The translations under genes and the position numbers were made by a program. The notes beneath the pieces are model-generated. The model did no database searches, was not told the DNA's origin, and saw only the letters and a program-made list of their open reading frames with translations. A stretch of 60,658 nt of DNA, from the NCBI GenBank assembly GCA_964586735.1, contig CAZPIN010000144.1, positions 1-60,658 on the forward strand, given 5' to 3'. The DNA is from an uncultured Rhodobacterales bacterium. Its GTDB lineage: Bacteria > Pseudomonadota > Alphaproteobacteria > Rhodobacterales > CAZPXZ01. Shown one piece after another: positions 50,902 to 59,934 of the stretch (positions within the stretch are counted from its first letter, which is position 1; every line of letters begins with the position of its first letter).

Positions 50902-50944
50902 CCCCGGCTGCATGCCGGGACAGCTCATCGCTAGAAACTGGTTC

Positions 50945-51211
50945 TAACCCACTTGGAACCAGGGCGGCTGGAGAATCGCAGCGTCTCTGGGAGGCACAGC
51001 AGTGTACTGGGACAGTTTTGGCGTGGATATATGCTTTTCCTGGGACCGGGAGCACTGGCAGCGCTTGACAGGCACCCGCGTACTAGAGTATACGAAGGCA
51101 GTACCGCCTGAATGGGTCGATGCTGGCGGCAGCGTGGATGCGGCAATCAGCATGATTCGCGGGGCCGACCTGGGTCGACACCTGTATCGAGGAGCTGCGG
51201 AGGATACTGAC
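50945..51211 (+). pseudogene. Remnant of a second kinase C-terminus
   Basis: FSWDREHWQRLTGTRVLEYTKAVPPEWVDAGGSVDAAISMI aligns to FSQAKDRWESLTDSRLQEYKEAVPDEWSAAGSDVDAAVALI. Confidence 0.8.
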
Positions 51212-52069
51212 ATGGGCAACCAGGAACAGTACAGCTTTGTGACGCTTCGCTATGTCCACAATATTGTGCTTGAAGAGTTCATGAACGTCGGAGTGGTCAT
51301 GTATGTGCCAGGCACCGGCAGAATGCTTTCGAAGGCCAACCCTGACCCTGAGAGAATCAAAGGAGCGTTTCCTGACCTTAAGGGCAAGTCCTTCAGAAAC
51401 AGGATAACTTCAATCACGCAGGGCATGAAGAGCATCGAGCAGGAAATTAATGCTGTCGGCAAAGGACACGACTGCAATACCGCCCTAGACTGCGCGCAGC
51501 TTGTAATTCCCGCGGATGACAGTGCGCTCCAATGGTCTCATATAGGATATGGCTGGACGCCAAATGTTGACAAAACCTTTGCTTCCATTTACAACCATCT
51601 GGTAACCCGATATGACCGCCTTGGGCAATTCCATATCAGCGACATTGACATCTGGCGGAAGGTCACAAGTGCTATCAAACGGCGCGAAATTAAAGTCAAG
51701 TTCCAGTCGATTCAAATTACCGGGCGAACGGACAAGGTTAAATTTCTCCATGCCCTGAATAGCAACTGCTGGCATATATACGAACCCCTCTCCTTCGACC
51801 TGCCCGCCGAATGTATCAAGGACAAAGCGCGGAGAGTGCTTGGCCAGCTGACGGCCGTAAAGGAAGGAGCAACAGAAGACGTACACGTACATTTCATCGT
51901 GGGACGGCCTCAGAAGAAGTCCTTGATGGGCGTGTACACGGAAGCCTTGAGTATCCTCGACCTTGTGCCGTTCAAACACGACATCTACGAGGATAGCAAC
52001 GCGGACAAAGTCGTTCAGACCATGAAGACTATCGACTGGCTACCGCGGCCGCCGCCCACAGGCGACTGA
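51212..52069 (+). CDS. DUF3037-type protein, copy 2
   Basis: YSFVTLRYVHNIVLEEFMNVGVV; colinear paralog of 50071-50901; GGAGG RBS. Confidence 0.82.
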   Translation: MGNQEQYSFVTLRYVHNIVLEEFMNVGVVMYVPGTGRMLSKANPDPERIKGAFPDLKGKSFRNRITSITQGMKSIEQEINAVGKGHDCNTALDCAQLVIPADDSALQWSHIGYGWTPNVDKTFASIYNHLVTRYDRLGQFHISDIDIWRKVTSAIKRREIKVKFQSIQITGRTDKVKFLHALNSNCWHIYEPLSFDLPAECIKDKARRVLGQLTAVKEGATEDVHVHFIVGRPQKKSLMGVYTEALSILDLVPFKHDIYEDSNADKVVQTMKTIDWLPRPPPTGD

Positions 52070-52083
52070 AACAGCGACTGTTT

Positions 52084-53265
52084 CTATTCCAGCACCCCCG
52101 CCAGCCGATCCCGGCGCGCCCTGACCGCCGCCATCGTCGCTTCTATGGCAGCCATGGCGAACAGCAGCGCCAGCAGCGCCGCCGTACCTATTTCGACGAT
52201 CATCCAGCCAGCGACCAGGGGAAACCCGAAGATTCCAATGAAGTACGTGAGGGCGAACAGCTGCAGGGTCTGCGGCACCAGGGATGTATCCGCGTCACGG
52301 GCCGCCATGGCCGCCAGAATCGGATAGGACGCTCCATAGCCGATGCCAAAGCCAACCGCGACGATCCAGTAGAGCGGAACGCTGCTGCCGGAGTAGACGA
52401 ATAGCAGAATGCCGCCCGCCATGAGGTACTGAAGCACCGCAATCGTCAGGTAGGGATTCTTGCCTCCCTTGAACTTGGCTAGCAGCACGCGGAAGATCAC
52501 CACGGTTACCGTGTAGATGAGGAAATACTCAGCGTAGGCCAGGCCGCGCTCGTCGGCGAACACCGTCTGGAAGCTGTTCATGCTGGCGAAAATGCTCGCT
52601 CCGATGCAGACCATGATGACGGACAGCAGGGCCCGCGAGCGAAGCACTTCGCCGATATTGGCCAGCGTGAGCCGGGATTTTGCTTCGGGACCCGGGTTCA
52701 GGGCGTGCTCTCGCACCGGACGAATAAGCGAGAAGAAGATCAGGGCGGCGGCCACGCAGATCACGGCCATCACGAAAAACGACTGGGCCACCGTGCCGCC
52801 GGCGTCCTCGATCATCGACGCCATCACCGGCGACAGGCCGAAGCCGGCCATAAGAAACACCGAGTTGAGGGCGAAGTAGCGTACCGTCTCGTCGGGCTTG
52901 ACCAGCCTGGTAAGCACGACCGGGGCAAGCGCGTAGGTGAGTCCCCATCCGCCTCCGATCAGAATGCTGGCGGCCACCAGCAGGGTGCCCACGGACGTCG
53001 ACAGGCCGTAGAGCACCATAGCCGCGGCGATCGACAGGCAGGCAAGGCCAAGTGTCGCCACACGTCCGAACCTGTCGGTCAGATGCCCCGAATAGTACAC
53101 CGTAATCAGTGTAGATATGGCCGTGATCAGCAGCATGGCGCCAACGACCTTCTCGTTGGCGCCGAAGGTGTCGAACAGGCGGGGCAGCAGGAATGTCAGT
53201 CCGTACGCGCCTCCCTGCAGGAAAACCGCTATCAGAAACAGGGCAAAGGTTGCTGGCCGCGACAC
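52084..53265 (-). CDS. MFS transporter
   Basis: About 12 TM segments, SGHLTDRFGR motif A. Confidence 0.9.
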   Translation of the reverse strand: MSRPATFALFLIAVFLQGGAYGLTFLLPRLFDTFGANEKVVGAMLLITAISTLITVYYSGHLTDRFGRVATLGLACLSIAAAMVLYGLSTSVGTLLVAASILIGGGWGLTYALAPVVLTRLVKPDETVRYFALNSVFLMAGFGLSPVMASMIEDAGGTVAQSFFVMAVICVAAALIFFSLIRPVREHALNPGPEAKSRLTLANIGEVLRSRALLSVIMVCIGASIFASMNSFQTVFADERGLAYAEYFLIYTVTVVIFRVLLAKFKGGKNPYLTIAVLQYLMAGGILLFVYSGSSVPLYWIVAVGFGIGYGASYPILAAMAARDADTSLVPQTLQLFALTYFIGIFGFPLVAGWMIVEIGTAALLALLFAMAAIEATMAAVRARRDRLAGVLE

Positions 53266-53945
53266 TATTTGCCCTCCTCGTCCAGACGGAAGTCGCGCAC
53301 GTGCTTGGGCACAGGGACTCCTTCGAAGTTGCGCGGGTCCGCGACAGGCTTGCCAACCGTCATGCGCACGGGAATGACTCCCGCCCAGATCGGCAGCTGG
53401 TAGTCCTCCTCGTCGTCCACGGGCGGACCGGTGCGAATTTTTGCCGAGGCTTCGTCAATCGACATTCCCATGACCGTCGTGGCCTTGAGCTCCTTCTTGG
53501 TAACGGCCCGCAGAACGTCCCACCGGCCTGGAAACAGCCCCTCGACCATCTCCCGCATGCGGGCCTCCCTGTCCTCCAGGTCCTCGACCTTGTGCGCCGT
53601 GCCCAGCAGCATCGCCGAGCGGTAATTGGTCGAGTGGTGGAATCCTGACCGCGCCATGACGAACCCGTCCAGGGCATAAACCGTCAGGCACACCTTGGCC
53701 GAGTCGACAGTGCGCAGCATTCTGCTTGCCGACGACCCATGCCAGTAGACGTGGTCTCCCTCGCGCCACTGCAGGGTGGGCGTCACGTACGGCTGGCCGT
53801 CGAAGACGTAGCCTACGCTGCACACTGGCATTGCGTCGAGGATGCGATCAAGGCTTTCGCGGTCATACTTGCCGCGTTTGTGAAGCCGCCTCAGGCGGAC
53901 CCGGTCCGACCGCGGCTTCGGAGCGCCTGTGGAAGCGCGCGCCAT
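53265..53945 (-). CDS. Pyridoxamine 5'-phosphate oxidase-like flavin-binding protein (start uncertain)
   Basis: RGKYDR, YWHGSSASRML, DGFVMARSGFHHSTNYRS, SAKIRTGPP, WAGVIP. Confidence 0.88.
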   Translation of the reverse strand: MARASTGAPKPRSDRVRLRRLHKRGKYDRESLDRILDAMPVCSVGYVFDGQPYVTPTLQWREGDHVYWHGSSASRMLRTVDSAKVCLTVYALDGFVMARSGFHHSTNYRSAMLLGTAHKVEDLEDREARMREMVEGLFPGRWDVLRAVTKKELKATTVMGMSIDEASAKIRTGPPVDDEEDYQLPIWAGVIPVRMTVGKPVADPRNFEGVPVPKHVRDFRLDEEGK

Positions 53946-54317
53946 TGCCGTAACTCCATAGTTCGCGGACACTCTGCTCCGCATAGAGGCACCGACGTCG
54001 TTGAGCGTCTGCGCCGACGGCATCATAGCAAAATTCCTCCGTCGTTTGAACCTCCTGTCAAGTGCCACGTCTGTCGTCCGAGCAGGTCGCCGTGGCAACT
54101 GTCCATCTTGGCGAATCGCCCCAACAGAACGTGCACCATCCGGTCGCCCAGCGCCCTTTGCGAGCCGCGAATTGCCCGGTTCGCCGCGCCCCGCGCGCAG
54201 CAAAGCCGCCTTGACGGACGGTCCTCGATTCCTCGTGGCAGAGTGTCCGCCGCCGCCTGTCGCCATGAGCCAGTACAAGACCCGCGCGGCGGGCTTGTCC
54301 CAGCGTCACCCCGCAAT

Positions 54318-54636
54318 TGTTTCATATGAAACATTCGCCCATGACCGGCCTTCCGGCGGATGCTTCCGGCAATGTTTCATATGAAACAATTGCGACACGC
54401 CAGCGGCGGCAAAGCTGGACTGCGGATTGCAATGTTTCATATGAAACATCTTTTTCGCCTGGGCGACGCGGCCCCCTCTCCGCTTCATGCCGGCCGCCGA
54501 GCCTGGCAGCGGCCGGGCATGGCGGAATCAGCGCGGGCACCTGCATGCTCCCTCCGTCAATGTTTCATATGAAACAATTGCGGCACGCCAGCAGCGCCAA
54601 TGCGGGATTGCGGATGGCGATGTTTCATATGAAACA
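54318..54636. promoter_or_regulatory. Cluster of five parS centromere sites (TGTTTCATATGAAACA)
   Basis: Identical 16-bp palindromes at 54318, 54373, 54433, 54561 and 54621, upstream of mnmG-parA-parB; 14/16 match to TGTTTCACGTGAAACA. Confidence 0.92.
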
Positions 54637-54670
54637 CTGCCCATTGTCCCCCGGCAGTCTCCGCTGGCCA

Positions 54671-54699
54671 TTGACCATCCCTTCCGAAATGGCCATATT
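54671..54699 (+). promoter_or_regulatory. Sigma70-type promoter for mnmG-parAB
   Basis: TTGACC-17 nt-CATATT. Confidence 0.55.
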
Positions 54700-54725
54700 C
54701 CCTTCCGCCGACAGGAGACGCCGCA

Positions 54726-56675
54726 ATGGCCCGCAGAAACCGCCAAATCGCTGATTTCGACGTACTCGTAGTGGGCGGCGGCCACGCGGGATGCGAGGCG
54801 GCGCTCGCCGCGGCGAGAGCTGGCGCCAGCACGGTTCTAGCTACGCACCGTCGCGACCGGATCGGCGAAATGTCCTGCAATCCCGCCATGGGCGGCGTTG
54901 GCAAGGGCAACCTGATTCGCGAAATCGACGCTCTCGACGGCGCCATGGGACGCGTCGCGGACCGGGCTGGCATCCAGTTCCGCCTGCTCAACCGCACCCG
55001 CGGGCCAGCGGTTCAGGGACCGCGGGCGCAGTGCGACCGTGCCCTTTACCGCCTGCGTATGCAAAGAACCGTAGCTGCTCAGGCAAACCTCGACGTCGTC
55101 GAAGGAGAAGTCGCCGACTTCCTGATCGAAAGCGGCCGCGCCGCCGGAGTCGCGCTGGCCGACGGCAGCTGCATCCGCGCCCGCGCGGTCATTCTGACCA
55201 CCGGCACCTTTCTGCGTGGCCAAATCCACATTGGCCGTAAGGTTTCCGAGGGAGGGCGCATTGGCGACCCCGCCGCGCGCCGCCTTGCCGAGCGCATGGA
55301 ATCGCTTGGATTCGCCTTTGGCCGCCTCAAGACCGGCACTCCGCCGCGCCTCGACGGCAACACCATCGACTGGGACGCGCTGCAGCCCCAGCCAGGCGAC
55401 GACGTCCCCGAAATGCTGTCGTTCCTCTCCACCGGCCCAGAAGCTAGGCAGGTTTGCTGCGCCATTACGCAGACCGACTCCGCCACCCACGAAATCGTCC
55501 GCCGACATCTGCCCGAGTCCGCCATGTACGGCGGAAGAATCCACGGTCCTGGCCCCAGATACTGTCCTTCTATCGAGGACAAGATCGTACGCTTTCCCGA
55601 CCGCGACACCCACCAGATCTTTCTCGAGCCCGAAGGGCTGGACGATTCGACTGTGTACCCCAATGGAATCTCAACGTCTTTGGGTGAAGAGGCCCAGCGC
55701 GACATGGTGCGGTCCATCCGCGGCCTGGAGCGCGCCACGATTTTCCGTCCTGGTTACGCCATCGAGTACGACTTCGTCGACCCCCGCAGCCTTGACGCGA
55801 CTCTTGCCTGCCAGGCAGTTCCCGGCCTGTATCTCGCAGGCCAGATCAACGGCACGACGGGCTACGAGGAAGCTGCAGCCCAGGGCCTAGTCGCGGGACT
55901 CAACGCCGCCCTGCAATGCCGCGGCGACGCTCCCTTTACCGTGGACCGCGCCACTGGCTATATCGGCGTCCTTGTGGACGATCTGATCACCAAGGGCGTC
56001 AGCGAGCCGTACCGGATGTTCACCTCGCGGGCGGAGTACCGCCTCTCGCTGCGAGCCGACAACGCCGACCTGCGCCTTACCGAGCGCGGCCTGGCCATCG
56101 GCTGCGTTGGAGAAACGCGCCGCAGGATGTTCGAAGAAAAGATGGAAGCGCTGGCCCGGGCCCGCGACCTCACCTCCGGCCTCTGCCTGCCCGGCGGCAG
56201 CGCGGCCCGTCTTGGACTCTCTCCAAGACGCGATGGCCAACCGAGGACTTTTAGCGAACTCCTCGGCATGCCGGGCGTTGCGCGCCGCGATCTTGAGGTG
56301 CTCTGGCCCGATCTTGCCTCCATACCCGGCCCGATCTGGTCCATCGTCAAGAACGACTGCCTGTACGCCGGCGTCATGCCGCGCCAGCAGGCGGACATCG
56401 AGGCGTACCGCCGCCAGAGGAGCACGCCAATTCACGAAAGCATCCGCTACGAGGGACTGTCCGGCCTGTCCTCGGAGCTGCGCGAAAAGCTTGATAGAGC
56501 GCGCCCCGCAAACATAGCCCAAGCCGAGCGCATCGAGGGCATGACGCCATCGGCGCTGCTGCGCGTACTGGTGGAATGCCGTCGACTCGATGCGGCCGGC
56601 TCCAGCCTTTCGACGCCGGTAGCGCCGGAGAGCCGTCGGGCAGCGGCACCGGTTTCGGAGCGTCGGGCACCGTGA
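54726..56675 (+). CDS. mnmG: tRNA uridine-5-carboxymethylaminomethyl synthesis enzyme MnmG (GidA)
   Basis: [67 protein letters not shown]. Confidence 0.98.
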   Translation: MARRNRQIADFDVLVVGGGHAGCEAALAAARAGASTVLATHRRDRIGEMSCNPAMGGVGKGNLIREIDALDGAMGRVADRAGIQFRLLNRTRGPAVQGPRAQCDRALYRLRMQRTVAAQANLDVVEGEVADFLIESGRAAGVALADGSCIRARAVILTTGTFLRGQIHIGRKVSEGGRIGDPAARRLAERMESLGFAFGRLKTGTPPRLDGNTIDWDALQPQPGDDVPEMLSFLSTGPEARQVCCAITQTDSATHEIVRRHLPESAMYGGRIHGPGPRYCPSIEDKIVRFPDRDTHQIFLEPEGLDDSTVYPNGISTSLGEEAQRDMVRSIRGLERATIFRPGYAIEYDFVDPRSLDATLACQAVPGLYLAGQINGTTGYEEAAAQGLVAGLNAALQCRGDAPFTVDRATGYIGVLVDDLITKGVSEPYRMFTSRAEYRLSLRADNADLRLTERGLAIGCVGETRRRMFEEKMEALARARDLTSGLCLPGGSAARLGLSPRRDGQPRTFSELLGMPGVARRDLEVLWPDLASIPGPIWSIVKNDCLYAGVMPRQQADIEAYRRQRSTPIHESIRYEGLSGLSSELREKLDRARPANIAQAERIEGMTPSALLRVLVECRRLDAAGSSLSTPVAPESRRAAAPVSERRAP

Positions 56676-57463
56676 ATCTGATCGCCGTCGCCAACCAGAA
56701 GGGCGGGGTTGGCAAGACCACCACTACCGTCAACCTGGCGGCCGCCTTCGCCGAGATGGGCATGCGCGTGCTTGTCATCGACCTCGACCCCCAAGGCAAC
56801 GCAAGCACGGCGCTGGGAATCGGCGAGGCCGACCGGGAGCGCACCAGCTACGATCTGCTTCAGGGAGACATGTCCGCCAGCCAAGCAGCCGTACCGTCAG
56901 CGGTGTTCGGACTGGACGTCGTACCCGCCACCGTCGACCTGGCGGGTGTGGAGCTGGAGATCGCTTCGGCGGAGCGCCGCTCCTACCGTCTCCGTGACTC
57001 TCTCGACGGGCAGACACACAGCCGCTACGGAATCGCGCTGGTGGACTGTCCGCCCAGTCTCAACCTGCTCGTCATCAACGCCTTGGCCGCGGCCACGCAT
57101 GTGCTGGTTCCATTGCAGTGCGAATTCTACGCGCTTCAGGGCGTAACCCGCTTGCTGAAAACTCTGGAAATGGCTCGTTTTACGTTTAATTCTAAACTGA
57201 AATTGGCCGGTATCGTTCTGACTATGGCGGATAGCCGCACGAAACTGTCCGATCAGGTGGAGCAGGATGCACGCGAAAATCTGGGCAGAGATCTGCTGCA
57301 TACGGTCATTCCGCGCAATGTGCGCCTGTCCGAAGCGCCTTCGCATGGCCTTCCCGTCATCCAGTACGACAGAAATTGCCCGGGCAGCAGGGCGTATCTG
57401 GACCTGGCGCGCGAACTGAGCGTCAAGACGGACCTGTCCACGCGGCCCCCGAAGGCAAATTAG
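56672..57463 (+). CDS. parA: Chromosome partitioning ATPase ParA
   Basis: [48 protein letters not shown]. Confidence 0.97.
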   Translation: MNLIAVANQKGGVGKTTTTVNLAAAFAEMGMRVLVIDLDPQGNASTALGIGEADRERTSYDLLQGDMSASQAAVPSAVFGLDVVPATVDLAGVELEIASAERRSYRLRDSLDGQTHSRYGIALVDCPPSLNLLVINALAAATHVLVPLQCEFYALQGVTRLLKTLEMARFTFNSKLKLAGIVLTMADSRTKLSDQVEQDARENLGRDLLHTVIPRNVRLSEAPSHGLPVIQYDRNCPGSRAYLDLARELSVKTDLSTRPPKAN

Positions 57464-57474
57464 GAGAAACGGCC

Positions 57475-58383
57475 ATGTCAACGGCCAAGAAGAAGCGGCC
57501 TCTCGGCAAGGGCCTTGCTACCCTGTTCAAAGAGTCCGGGACGTCGGCTGGCGTGCCGCCGGGTGCTGAAGAGGCGTCTGGTCCAGAGTATTCTGGCGAC
57601 GGGACGCCGCGGGACCTGCCCGTCAGCGCGATGCTGCCCAATCCCAGTCAGCCACGCAGCCGATTCGACGACGCGGCGCTCAAGGACCTCGCCGCCTCCA
57701 TAGCCGACAGCGGAGTCATCCAGCCCGTTCTCGTCCGCCCCGCCGGGAGCGGCATGTACGAAATCGTCGCCGGCGAGCGGCGATGGCGGGCCGCGCAGCT
57801 GGCGGGCGTCGCGCGCCTGCCCGTGGTTGTGCGCGACCTTGACGACGCGCAGGCCCTGCAGAACGCGCTGGTCGAAAACCTCCAGCGGGTCGACCTCAAC
57901 GCGATCGAGGAAGCGAAAGGCTACGAGCAGCTGCAGCACAGTCTGGGATGTACCCAGGACGCTCTGGCCAAGCGAGTCGGCAAAAGCCGACCGCACGTGG
58001 CCAACTCCATGCGCCTGCTCAAGCTTCCCGACGAGGTGCTCAAGCTGGTCGAGGAGGGAGACCTGACCGCCGGACAGGTGCGCCCGCTTGTCGGGCATCC
58101 GCAGGCGCGGTCGCTTGCGCTTCGCATTCGCCGCCAGGGCCTGTCGTCGCAGCAGGCTGAGCAGCTGGCGGGCGGAAGCAAGATCAAGCTGAAGGGGCCG
58201 CAGACGGTGGATGGCAGGGAGGGCCGCGACCCCGACATTGTCGCCATCGAGGATTCTCTCTCAGCAGCCCTCGGCGCGGTCGTGCGGGTATCGGACAAGG
58301 GAGCGAAAGGGGAGATCCGCATTCGCTACGACAATCTCGAGGAGTTCGACCGCCTCAACGGCCTTCTGTCGAAACTTCTGTAG
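57475..58383 (+). CDS. parB: Chromosome partitioning protein ParB
   Basis: LGKGL, NPSQPR, GERRWRA, ENLQRVDL, GKSRPHVAN; AGGAG RBS. Confidence 0.97.
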   Translation: MSTAKKKRPLGKGLATLFKESGTSAGVPPGAEEASGPEYSGDGTPRDLPVSAMLPNPSQPRSRFDDAALKDLAASIADSGVIQPVLVRPAGSGMYEIVAGERRWRAAQLAGVARLPVVVRDLDDAQALQNALVENLQRVDLNAIEEAKGYEQLQHSLGCTQDALAKRVGKSRPHVANSMRLLKLPDEVLKLVEEGDLTAGQVRPLVGHPQARSLALRIRRQGLSSQQAEQLAGGSKIKLKGPQTVDGREGRDPDIVAIEDSLSAALGAVVRVSDKGAKGEIRIRYDNLEEFDRLNGLLSKLL

Positions 58384-58393
58384 CGCCGTCCCC

Positions 58394-59434
58394 TTAGCCT
58401 CCATGCCTAGAGACTCCGCTGCGCGGCGCCCAGGAAGCCACCTTCAGCAGCATGCGCTCGCCCAATACCAACGGCGGTAAGGTGGAGCCTCCCCGCAGTC
58501 CGGCGTCAATCTCCAGCAGAAAGGCGATCGCCTCCTCAAGCCGCTCCGTCCGCCAGCGGCGGGCGTCGCGCACCACCGCCGGGCGCCGCAGCGGATGCAG
58601 CCTGCGGCCGCGCGCCACATACTCGATGTCCTTGGCGGAACGGGCGCGGGCAGTCACCATCCGCACCTGCACGAAGTGCCGCAGCACCGCGCCTACTAGG
58701 CCGGTAGGCGTGGCGCCCCGGCCAGTCTGCCGCCGCCAGCATGCCGCCACCTTGGCATACTGCTGCGTCGCCACCGCGTCCACGAGCTCGTCGGCGTCGT
58801 CGAGACCGGTTGCCGGCGCGCAGGCGTCGATGTCCTCGACCGTCAGCTCCTCGCTGCGGCCCTGTTGGTACAGCTCCAGCTTCTCCAGCAGAAGGCTGAA
58901 CGTCCCCCAGTCCAGCTCGCGCGACAGGCTGGCAAGCATCGCCGACGCATCCGGATGGGGCGCGGGCAGCGACGCCTTGACGAAACGCTGGCGGATGTCG
59001 CTGGCCTCCCACTTGGGAGCCGCCACCGGCAGGGCCACCGCTTTCCGCGCCTTTTCATACAGCTGGCGCAGCGTGGAAGCCGGGCGCAGATCGCCGGCGG
59101 TCACCAGCAGAAACGAGTCCTCCGCCTTGGCGTCCTTCAGGGCTTCGCTGATTCCATTGGCGTGGCGGTCCGTGGCGCCATCCAGCACCGCCACCTGGCT
59201 GGCGCCGAATATGTCCCGCTGGGTCAGCTCGCTGCGAATCGCATCCGGGGTTCGGGCGGCGGTGGTGGCGTCGACAACGGCAAGGCCAGCTTCCTCCCCG
59301 CCAGAAAGCCCGCCGATCAGGGTTCTGCGGCAGTGCCGCACCAGCACGGGGTCCGCGCCATACACCAGCGCCGAGACAAGCCCGGTGTCGGGGTTCTGCA
59401 CAAACCTCCAGGCGGATTCGGGCGTGTGCTTCAT
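58394..59434 (-). CDS. holA: DNA polymerase III delta subunit
   Basis: LVYGAD, AGDLRPASTLR, LEKLELY; leuS-lptE-holA context. Confidence 0.85.
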   Translation of the reverse strand: MKHTPESAWRFVQNPDTGLVSALVYGADPVLVRHCRRTLIGGLSGGEEAGLAVVDATTAARTPDAIRSELTQRDIFGASQVAVLDGATDRHANGISEALKDAKAEDSFLLVTAGDLRPASTLRQLYEKARKAVALPVAAPKWEASDIRQRFVKASLPAPHPDASAMLASLSRELDWGTFSLLLEKLELYQQGRSEELTVEDIDACAPATGLDDADELVDAVATQQYAKVAACWRRQTGRGATPTGLVGAVLRHFVQVRMVTARARSAKDIEYVARGRRLHPLRRPAVVRDARRWRTERLEEAIAFLLEIDAGLRGGSTLPPLVLGERMLLKVASWAPRSGVSRHGG

Positions 59435-59934
59435 GCCGACTCCTCGCCCTGCAGCGCCAGCTGCAGATGGATGTCCCGCAGGATACGCACCGCCGCCTCG
59501 CTGGCGGCGATGCTGGTGCGGTCGCGCTCGGAGGCAAAGGCGGCGAACGGCGATTCGGTCGTGTTGACCGATGTCGACACCTCGATGAGATTGGCGGCGA
59601 GCACCTCTCCGGTGGCGGAGCGGCGCAGCTCGTAGTCCGCCGCCACCTTCAGCACGTAGCGCAGCACCTCGGCATCCTCGCCAAACACCACCGCCCGCGT
59701 GCTGGTACTGACCTCCACTTCCAGGGCAAGGTCCGAATCGCCGCCGGGCCGGCCCAGCTGCCGGCGCAGCTCACGCACCAGCTCCCGGCCGGCGCGTCCA
59801 TCGACTCTCTCCACCCGCACGCGGCCTTCCAGCGACGACCGGCCGCCGCCGTGCAGAGGGCGAAATCCGCAGGCCGCAGCCAGCAGCCCACCGCCAACAG
59901 CGGCCAGAAATCCCCGCCGGTCAGACCACCACAT
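59431..59934 (-). CDS. lptE: LPS assembly lipoprotein LptE
   Basis: MWWSDRR..LAAACGFRPL lipobox; context. Confidence 0.9.
   Translation of the reverse strand: MWWSDRRGFLAAVGGGLLAAACGFRPLHGGGRSSLEGRVRVERVDGRAGRELVRELRRQLGRPGGDSDLALEVEVSTSTRAVVFGEDAEVLRYVLKVAADYELRRSATGEVLAANLIEVSTSVNTTESPFAAFASERDRTSIAASEAAVRILRDIHLQLALQGEESA

Noticed and set aside
53946-54278. Long N-terminal extension of the PNPOx-like ORF
   Set aside because: No similarity to the family; probably an open upstream frame in GC-rich intergenic DNA
54318-54636. Five regularly spaced palindromes as a CRISPR array
   Set aside because: Repeats are only 16 bp, spacers are uneven and two are near-duplicates, no cas genes are present, and sequence and position fit parS
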